A stretch of DNA of 8,199 nucleotides from Candidatus Heimdallarchaeota archaeon (GCA_020348965.1 CP070760.1:2137605-2145803), one strand, 5' to 3'. Shown: positions 1 to 5,517, counted from the first letter of the stretch. The notes: generated by a model from the letters alone, not told the origin. Made by a program: numbers and translations.

Positions 1-1076
1 CCTTGTTCCACCATTTCTGAATAACATTTCTTACAAACGCCTCTAAAGCAGTTAGAGCATTGGTAATGTTCAGTAGAAACTGGTAAGTCTTCATCATGAA
101 TTTCACAGTGATATTTATCCGAACCAAGAATTAATACGTCATCTTCGATAACATCATATGTCCCCCCGCTTTCTATAAACCCTTGGAGTGATTGCTGACT
201 GATTAACCGCTTAATAATTTCATGTGTTAAACTGAAATCGAGGTTAGACACTTTCGCGATTCTTTGAATTGGTATTTGGCTTTTTTCTTCGACTTCATAA
301 AGAGCTGAAATTGTATCAATGACTGTTTTTTCGTTTTTACCTATTTTATCTTCGTGTTTTCGGTAATCCAAATAATCTCGTGTTTTTGTCTTCAGTGCCG
401 AATATGATAGTTTCTCCCTAAGTTTAAGAGACTTAAAATCATCAAGAACTCTACGGGAAACGGTTTTAACTCCCTGCCGGGACATGTTATATCTTTGAAC
501 CTTATAATACTCACTTAACGAATCTCTCATGCTTTTCGGATCATAAGATGATTGAACATCAGTGTCTTTGAAGATTCGCGGAACAGGTACAAGAGAACCA
601 TCACAATATGGGCATGTGTCAGTGTTTCCTTTCTGGTAACAGTCACTACAGATGAATCTAAGACATCTTGAGCATTGGAAATGCAACTCGAATAAAGAAT
701 GTTCCATTTGGTCTATTTGACACCAGTAATAGTCTTGTTGAAGAACAAGAGCGTCGTCTTCGAAGTTATTAGGTGTTTGGTTATCCTCAAGATAACCATC
801 GATGAGACGTTGTTCAATAAACTCTTGAATGATGAAAATAATGTCATTTATAGGGAGTTGTGCTTCATCTGCTATCTCAGCAATCCCAATACGACCTTTA
901 TGAATTTTGTTTAGCTCCCCGATAGCAATGAATGTCCTCTTAATTGGGTGGGAGGATATCTTGTATTCTTGGTCGAAGTTCTGGAATTGGTTGACTTCTT
1001 TTGCTACCTTCTTCCGTAAGGATGCCTTAATTCGATCTGATAAGCTTGAATTTGGATCTGGCACCTCGAAACCCAT
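1..1076 (-). CDS. Hypothetical protein with its C-terminus cut by the left window edge; two tandem ~205-aa units, each a winged-helix-like segment followed by a Cys/His-rich zinc-finger cluster
   Basis: Reading the reverse complement from ATG (1076-1074) gives 358 open codons down to position 1 with no stop. This is presumably why it is missing from the ORF track. There is an in-frame TGA at 1095-1097 just upstream. The translation starts MGFEVPDPNSSLSDRIKASLRKK. It contains IGIAEIADEAQLPINDIIFIIQEFIEQRLIDGYLE (wH-like), then HFQCSRCLRFICSDCYQKGNTDTCPYCDG. A second copy follows: IPIQRIAKVSNLDFSLTHEIIKRLISQQSLQGFIE, then HYQCSNCFRGVCKKCY. The two plus-strand track ORFs here (699-914, 907-1125) are antisense to it. 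Confidence 0.8.
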   Translation of the reverse strand, partial: MGFEVPDPNSSLSDRIKASLRKKVAKEVNQFQNFDQEYKISSHPIKRTFIAIGELNKIHKGRIGIAEIADEAQLPINDIIFIIQEFIEQRLIDGYLEDNQTPNNFEDDALVLQQDYYWCQIDQMEHSLFELHFQCSRCLRFICSDCYQKGNTDTCPYCDGSLVPVPRIFKDTDVQSSYDPKSMRDSLSEYYKVQRYNMSRQGVKTVSRRVLDDFKSLKLREKLSYSALKTKTRDYLDYRKHEDKIGKNEKTVIDTISALYEVEEKSQIPIQRIAKVSNLDFSLTHEIIKRLISQQSLQGFIESGGTYDVIEDDVLILGSDKYHCEIHDEDLPVSTEHYQCSNCFRGVCKKCYSEMVEQ

Positions 1077-1097
1077 GTTGTTGTCAACCTTTTTTCA

Positions 1098-1105
1098 TTT
1101 TTTAA
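1098..1105 (-). promoter_or_regulatory. TATA-like A/T box (TTAAAAAA on minus strand), possibly driving a leaderless transcript of the 1-1076 gene
   Basis: The box is centred about 26 nt upstream of ATG 1076, which is the classic archaeal TATA-to-TSS distance. There is no convincing Shine-Dalgarno sequence between the box and the start. This rests on position only. Confidence 0.25.
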
Positions 1106-1371
1106 GGTTATCAATAGTGATGTAATTATCAGTACTAAGGGTGTTCTCTTCGACTCTGAGGACTTATCTATATGTATTGGCCTAGAAAAAAGGGAAGTAG
1201 TTCGGAACTAGCTTGAATATCCAACGAGAAGCCTTAACTCTAAAAATGTAATTTTATATTCTCGATAGACACTTAGTTGTTATATCTAACCTTGCTTGAG
1301 AATAATTTCAGCTGATCTATTTCATATTCTGAGAATTCCGTCCTTATAGCTAGAATTGCCACAATCCATCA

Positions 1372-1419
1372 ATATTTATACAACTTACCCTCCTAATTAT
1401 GCAAATTTTAAAACGAGGA
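1372..1419 (+). promoter_or_regulatory. Putative promoter plus RBS for the small membrane protein gene
   Basis: ATATTTATAC (1372-1381) contains TTTATA about 50 nt upstream of ATG 1429. GAGGA at 1415-1419 lies 9 nt before the ATG and is Shine-Dalgarno-like. Confidence 0.35.
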
Positions 1420-1428
1420 TGAACTTAA

Positions 1429-1698
1429 ATGGGATTAAGAAACTTATTTGATACAAATCTCTGGTTAAAAATCAAATATATTCCCTATCTCCCTACTCGT
1501 TCACAGTTCGTTAAGCTTCTTCTTATAGTAAGCGTTATTGCTGGAACGTTTTTCGTTGTTACCACCTTCACTTATACAGAAATTATAATGGGTTTGATCA
1601 ATTTATTGTCGTATGGGGTGTTATTCATTCTCTTTGGAATAACAATCCATGGTTTTATACTTATTCTTCGAATCCTTCTTGCTTTTAAAAGAAAATAA
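1429..1698 (+). CDS. Small hydrophobic membrane protein (89 aa, 2-3 predicted TM segments), function unknown
   Basis: ATG start with a GAGGA RBS. Hydrophobic stretches are FVKLLLIVSVIAGTFFVVTTF and IIMGLINLLSYGVLFILFGITIHGFILILRILLAF, with a basic C-terminal end (KRK). No competing ORF occupies this interval. Confidence 0.6.
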   Translation: MGLRNLFDTNLWLKIKYIPYLPTRSQFVKLLLIVSVIAGTFFVVTTFTYTEIIMGLINLLSYGVLFILFGITIHGFILILRILLAFKRK

Positions 1699-1705
1699 AA
1701 GATGA

Positions 1706-3118
1706 TTATTCCCATACTTCATAGCATTGCTGTAGTAAGGACAATATGTGACTCTCGTAAGGAATGACCGATCTTAGAAGTTGTGTACCTTTCATTCGCT
1801 TTTCCTCTGGCATTTCACCCTCCATTGCAAATGGGAATAATTGTTGGAGTTCTTTCAACACAGTCACCACTTTCTCATATTCCTGAGAGACTTGAAGTAG
1901 GATTTCAGCTTGCTTTTTTCCTTTGTATTTATCAGCAAGACGTCTTAAGAAAGCCAATGAAAGTTCTTTAGCTTCTAGTGTACACGCTGCAACGTATGCG
2001 TTACCGTGATAGAGAAGATCCTGACTCCTCCCTTTATCTAGGACGTTCGCCCATTCTTCATAAGCTGCAGAACCAGCAACATAACCATCTTGAACCTTGG
2101 TTCCTTGAGTAAATGCTATTGCTCTCTGAATAGCCTTCCTATCCTCCTCCTCTGAAATTGGCGGAGAATTTTCTTTGAAATAAATTGCATGGAGACATCC
2201 TGGTGCCTGGAGGGAATCGAATCTAAGTGGTGTATCTGGCTGATCCATGAGACTTCTGTAAGTGCTTACAATGTAGGAATCATCTGTATATCCTTTGACT
2301 ATTCCGTATTCAGGTATCTGGAGTCCCCATAAGACCACAGGTCTGTCCTCATTATCAATTACATTTTTAACCTGTTTAAATAGATTCTGTGCCCGTTCTA
2401 AATCTTCTGGAGTTAAATCTCCGTTCTGTGAGGGGAATGACTGATTCTCGTCATATGATTGCACCTTAAAACCAAGTGTATCGGTTGCTTTGATAATTTC
2501 TTCCCATACAGCTAGAGCTGTTGGCCCTGAGGGGCATGTTGTACCTTTGGATACGTTAGGTAACGCAAAAACGTACCCAGAGTACCCTCCGACATTACAA
2601 ATGTCATGGTCCTTACCCAGATATTTTAAAACTCCTGAAACAGCTCCTAAGTAAGATATCCAACAAGGTTGATAGGATACCTTTTCATCTTCCGAAATTA
2701 TTTTCTTATCCATTTTTTTCATCCCAAAACCTTTTGAATAGCGTTTCTTGAGCAGTTTTCTCTCCACATCACGTCGCAGCTCTGATTCTTTGTAGACATT
2801 CATTGCGGCTAATAACAGATTCTGTCCGTCCTTTGTAATTTCATATTTTCCCCTCTCCACTCTAATTATGATCTTTACTGATAAAAGTTGGGTTAAATGA
2901 TTGGAAAGGGCTGTTTTTCGTAAGCCTGTTTTGGTTAGGAGAGTAGAAAAATCTTTTGATTCCTCTGATAATAATGCCAATATTTTTAGGCGATTAGGGT
3001 GTGTAAGCGCCTTCAATAGTTCTGTTATTCTTTCCGCTGATTTAAGGATCTCCTCTTCATTAACTTCTTTATCGCTCAAGAATTGCTCATCCATCTGTTT
3101 TACATTAGAAGGAGTCAC
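1706..3118 (-). CDS. ArsR-family winged-HTH regulator fused to a large C-terminal BtrH_N/DUF4872-like (papain-fold, C39-like) domain
   Basis: 470-aa ORF. Residues ~32-100 (nt ~2819-3025) read LKALTHPNRLKILALLSEESKDFSTLLTKTGLRKTALSNHLTQLLSVKIIIRVERGKYEITKDG, a typical ArsR/SmtB-type wHTH without the Cys/His metal-site motifs. A basic linker follows. Then YQPCWISYLGAVSGVLKYLGKDHDICNVGGYSGYVFAL (Cys152 = nt 2663-2665) and later GCLHAIYF (His310). These resemble the Cys and His motif contexts of papain-like or BtrH_N-type domains. The start is ambiguous: GTG at 3118 directly follows a TAA, and the first ATG is at 3094 (codon 9). Confidence 0.85.
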   Translation of the reverse strand: MTPSNVKQMDEQFLSDKEVNEEEILKSAERITELLKALTHPNRLKILALLSEESKDFSTLLTKTGLRKTALSNHLTQLLSVKIIIRVERGKYEITKDGQNLLLAAMNVYKESELRRDVERKLLKKRYSKGFGMKKMDKKIISEDEKVSYQPCWISYLGAVSGVLKYLGKDHDICNVGGYSGYVFALPNVSKGTTCPSGPTALAVWEEIIKATDTLGFKVQSYDENQSFPSQNGDLTPEDLERAQNLFKQVKNVIDNEDRPVVLWGLQIPEYGIVKGYTDDSYIVSTYRSLMDQPDTPLRFDSLQAPGCLHAIYFKENSPPISEEEDRKAIQRAIAFTQGTKVQDGYVAGSAAYEEWANVLDKGRSQDLLYHGNAYVAACTLEAKELSLAFLRRLADKYKGKKQAEILLQVSQEYEKVVTVLKELQQLFPFAMEGEMPEEKRMKGTQLLRSVIPYESHILSLLQQCYEVWE

Positions 3119-3146
3119 TTAATCTTAAAAACATTTCTATCATTAG

Positions 3147-3159
3147 TGAACATTGTTCA
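3147..3159. promoter_or_regulatory. Perfect 13-bp palindrome TGAACA-T-TGTTCA in the promoter region of the ArsR-fusion gene; candidate operator
   Basis: It lies 29-41 nt upstream of GTG 3118 (53-65 nt upstream of ATG 3094). It overlaps the ATG (3159) of the divergent mini-ORF. TGAA...TTCA-type inverted repeats are the usual form of ArsR/SmtB operators. Caveat: about 3 such 6-1-6 palindromes are expected by chance in a window of this size and composition. Confidence 0.3.
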
Positions 3160-3386
3160 TGAATACTAGGAATATAGTATTAAAGAAAGATTATTCGTCA
3201 ATCTTATGTTTTTCCTCCTCTACAACTACTTCTCTTCATTTAACAACTACATCTAAAACAGAATCGGATACTAGTAGTACTGGAGTTCCTGAAGTATCTC
3301 CTACGTTCGAATTTCCAGTTCTCATAACTTTTTTTCTTTTTTTCAGTATCCATATTCTTCGGAAGAAAAAAATGAAGCAAAGATAA
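3159..3386 (+). CDS. Possible small Ser/Thr-rich protein ending in a PEF-CTERM-like sorting tail (75 aa from ATG 3159; 77 aa from TTG 3153)
   Basis: This is the only long ORF in the 277-nt gap between the regulator gene and the permease gene. It stays open although TAA and TAG are frequent out of frame. The sequence has an S/T-rich low-complexity stretch (SSSTTTSLHLTTTSKTESDTSSTG), then FEFP + VLITFFLFFSIHIL + RKKKMKQR. That is a motif, TM helix and basic cluster in the tripartite order of archaeosortase or exosortase signals. There is no convincing N-terminal signal peptide, which weakens the call. Confidence 0.35.
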   Translation: MNTRNIVLKKDYSSILCFSSSTTTSLHLTTTSKTESDTSSTGVPEVSPTFEFPVLITFFLFFSIHILRKKKMKQR

Positions 3387-3395
3387 CGGGAATCT

Positions 3396-4199
3396 TCAAG
3401 TTAAACTCATTAACTTCTCTCGATTAAACAGAGATGTTGCTAGTTTGAATGCAATGAGATCAAATGCTCCTAGGATTACGATTCCGACTATTATTAGCCA
3501 TAGATTAATAAAAACAACTACAAGCTGTCCTGTGATTAAGAGAATTGCTGGTAAGACAAAGACTCCTGTTAGCTGTTGAGCATCCCGAGTATTAGAAACC
3601 CGAGAGCTGATCATTACAATGAATGCAATAGTTCCAAATCCCAATAAGGGAGTAAAAATCACCATTATAAGTATAAACCGTAAGTCAGGGAGTAAAATAC
3701 GATCCAGGTAAGGAAATGTAATTAAATCAACCATGATTGAATAGATAATACTCATAATCCAAGTTAGGGATAACACAGGAAGGAGGCTGGAACAAATCTT
3801 CGCTATCAAGATCTCTGAATCAGATATTGGCAATACTAGCAATCCCTCAATTGTTTGCCTTTCTTTCTCCCCCACTATCGTGTCTGCACCCACAAATGAT
3901 GCGATCATCACTGGAACTAAAAGTAAAAATAATTGGCCAAAAATTGATGCGATTACTAACATTTTAACCTGTTCAGATAATAGATCCCAATCCGAAGTCA
4001 CAGGTGGAAGGAGATCCATTAAGACCTCTAATTCAGAAGTTGAACCCATTGGAGCCATATTCACCGAAACCATAATGAGTAATGGAACCCCAAGTGCTAA
4101 CACAAATGGTAATAACGTAGAGGATAGAAGTATCTGTCTTGAGCGAAAAGTCTCCGCCCAATCTTTTTTCATCAAATTCCATATGAGATTAAGCTGCAT
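3396..4199 (-). CDS. ABC-2 type transporter permease (NatB/YhaP-like family)
   Basis: 267 aa with about 6 hydrophobic segments. The family-typical motif GEKERQTIEGLLVLPISDSEILIAKI follows a large loop after TM1. The start codon overlaps the upstream ATPase gene by 11 nt. Confidence 0.9.
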   Translation of the reverse strand: MQLNLIWNLMKKDWAETFRSRQILLSSTLLPFVLALGVPLLIMVSVNMAPMGSTSELEVLMDLLPPVTSDWDLLSEQVKMLVIASIFGQLFLLLVPVMIASFVGADTIVGEKERQTIEGLLVLPISDSEILIAKICSSLLPVLSLTWIMSIIYSIMVDLITFPYLDRILLPDLRFILIMVIFTPLLGFGTIAFIVMISSRVSNTRDAQQLTGVFVLPAILLITGQLVVVFINLWLIIVGIVILGAFDLIAFKLATSLFNREKLMSLT

Positions 4200-5154
4200 T
4201 TTCTGTACCTCCGTTGGAATTGTTCATAATTTGTTTATATATCTCTTCTAGTGATTTCTGAGTTGGTCGAACTTCAAGAATGGATACTCCTTTCTCTACC
4301 AAAGAACGAACGATTATCGGGGTTATCTCATTAAAACTAGTAACTTCTACTTCTAATGAATGACCGTTTTCAAGGAAGTGTATCGAGAGAATTCCCTCAA
4401 GATCGGATAGTAACCTCTCATAGCCAGAAACTTTATCTAGGCAAGTGACTACCAGTTTATTTGATTTCGAAATTTTAGAGCGCAGTTCGGACGCACTTCC
4501 TATTATTAACAACTTTCCCTTGTTTATCACTCCTATCTTGTCGGCCAATCTTTCTGCTTCGGGGAGATTATGGGTTGTCATAAAAATCGTTGTATCGAGC
4601 TCGTCAGCAGCCCTTTCTATGGTTTCTCTAACACTAGCCTGAGCCAATGGATCAAGACCAGCGGTGGGTTCATCTAAAAACATAAGCGGGGGAGAGTGAA
4701 TCATTGCCTTGAGAATCCCTAATTTCTGCTTCATTCCTTTACTATAAGAGCCCACAGGAGAATCAAGTCTTTCTTTCAGTTCAAATTGTGTTGCCATTTC
4801 ATCAATCCGACGAGAGGCTTCTTGGTGTGTGAGACCATACATTTTAGCAAAAAAAAGCAAATTCTTTCTCGCACTCAACCTGAGATAAAGATTTGGTCTA
4901 TCAGAAAGGAAACCAATTTTTCTACGTAATTCTAATTTGTTTTCCAGAATGCAACTTCCTGCTACAGATGCATTTCCGCTCGTGGGTGTTATCAGGGTTG
5001 TCAATAATCTTACAGTTGTTGTTTTTCCTGCTCCATTAGGACCAAGGAATGCAAAAATTTCTCCTTCATTTATAGAAAGGGTTAATTGATTAACTGCTAT
5101 AATATTGGGTAAAAAGACTTTTGTTAACTCGTAGGTTTCAATTGCTGTTGTCAT
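4189..5154 (-). CDS. ABC transporter ATP-binding protein (ABC-2/DrrA-NatA-like, with C-terminal accessory domain)
   Basis: Walker A GPNGAGKTT (nt 5017-5043), signature variant YSKGMKQKL, Walker B LMFLDEPTAGLD and H-loop TTHNL. About 100 extra C-terminal residues are typical of ABC-2 exporter ATPases. The stop (4189-4191) overlaps the permease ATG (4197-4199), suggesting translational coupling. Confidence 0.95.
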   Translation of the reverse strand: MTTAIETYELTKVFLPNIIAVNQLTLSINEGEIFAFLGPNGAGKTTTVRLLTTLITPTSGNASVAGSCILENKLELRRKIGFLSDRPNLYLRLSARKNLLFFAKMYGLTHQEASRRIDEMATQFELKERLDSPVGSYSKGMKQKLGILKAMIHSPPLMFLDEPTAGLDPLAQASVRETIERAADELDTTIFMTTHNLPEAERLADKIGVINKGKLLIIGSASELRSKISKSNKLVVTCLDKVSGYERLLSDLEGILSIHFLENGHSLEVEVTSFNEITPIIVRSLVEKGVSILEVRPTQKSLEEIYKQIMNNSNGGTENAA

Positions 5155-5200
5155 TTCATTCCAACCTTATTTTTCACTGTTTAAAGGTAAGTTGAAAACA

Positions 5201-5210
5201 AAATATAAAG
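5201..5210 (-). promoter_or_regulatory. TATA-like box (CTTTATATTT on minus strand) for the ABC-2 operon
   Basis: This is a good match to the archaeal TTTAWATA-type box, about 50 nt upstream of ATG 5154. AAGGT, about 10-14 nt before the ATG, could be a weak RBS. The geometry matches the candidate promoter at 1372-1419. Confidence 0.35.
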
Positions 5211-5239
5211 TTAACTATCTTGGTATGTCACGAATGGCT

Positions 5240-5297
5240 GTAAAAAACTTTTTACAAAGAGGAAATAAATTTTTACAATGACTAAAGAATTTTTTAC
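5240..5297. repeat. Inverted repeat GTAAAAA-ac-TTTTTAC followed by two more TTTTTAC copies phased at exactly 21 nt
   Basis: GTAAAAA is at 5240-5246. TTTTTAC is at 5249-5255, 5270-5276 and 5291-5297. The first two copies extend to TTTTTACAA. The repeats sit in the divergent intergenic region between the ABC operon and the plus-strand gene string. Confidence 0.45.
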
Positions 5298-5335
5298 TAA
5301 ATTTGATTTTTGCCTCCTAACCAAAGGAATGGTCT

Positions 5336-5461
5336 ATGTATTGTCCACGCTGTCGTTCCAATGGTAGAATGGTTAAGATGAGGTCATCACAGCGGAGTTT
5401 TCACAAAAAAGCAAAAATGATCTGTCCCAAATGCGGACTAATCCGAATGAAGAAACAATGA
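5336..5461 (+). CDS. Small basic zinc-ribbon micro-protein (41 aa, two CPxC knuckles)
   Basis: Not in the ORF track because it is too short. ATG 5336 to TGA 5459-5461 encodes MYCPRCRSNGRMVKMRSSQRSFHKKAKMICPKCGLIRMKKQ. CPRC and CPKC are separated by 23 residues, and about 15 of 41 residues are Arg or Lys. AAAGGAA lies 8-14 nt upstream of the ATG. The gene has the same orientation as the endonuclease IV-like gene and ends 56 nt upstream of it. Confidence 0.55.
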   Translation: MYCPRCRSNGRMVKMRSSQRSFHKKAKMICPKCGLIRMKKQ

Positions 5462-5517
5462 GGTAATTGTTTTCACACTGCGAGAATGTCACTTTTTGTA
5501 GGTGTTCGATAAGATTG

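Noticed and set aside
699-1125. Track ORFs 699-914 (+) and 907-1125 (+)
   Set aside because: Both lie antisense to the much longer open frame on the minus strand (1-1076), which has clear domain-like and repeat structure. Their translations are low-complexity and hydrophobic with no recognisable motifs.
1117-1159. Possible C/D-box sRNA (GTGATGT ... CTGA)
   Set aside because: The C box is imperfect. No D' or C' boxes occur at the required ~12-nt guide spacing, and there are no terminal complementary ends.
1198-1210. 13-bp perfect palindrome TAGTTC-G-GAACTA as a specific operator
   Set aside because: About 3 perfect 6-1-6 palindromes are expected by chance in 8.2 kb at this composition. Its half-site order (GTTC..GAAC) is the inverse of the 3147-3159 palindrome, so the two do not define a shared motif. 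I kept it only as a note within the long-intergenic finding.
1783-3122. Track ORFs 1783-1971 (+) and 2901-3122 (+)
   Set aside because: They are antisense shadow ORFs inside the 470-aa ArsR-fusion gene and have no motifs.
3355-3367. Palindrome TTCTTC-G-GAAGAA as a terminator for the ABC-2 operon
   Set aside because: On the minus strand the T7 run precedes the potential 5-bp stem instead of following it. On the plus strand the stem is followed by A residues. It also lies inside the mini-ORF (encoding ILRKK). It is within chance expectation for short palindromes.
3880-4642. Track ORFs 3880-4251 (+, 123 aa) and 4445-4642 (+)
   Set aside because: They are antisense to the ABC-2 permease and ATPase genes, whose motifs are unambiguous. 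The 123-aa ORF spans the junction of the two genes and has a Ser/Thr/Asn-rich composition typical of shadow frames.
5467-5517. TTG start at 5467 for the endonuclease IV-family ORF
   Set aside because: The extra 17 residues (MFSHCENVTFCRCSIRL) have no counterpart in the family. ATG 5518 gives the typical M-x-x-I-G N-terminus. The extension would also begin only 6 nt after the zinc-ribbon gene stop, with no RBS.
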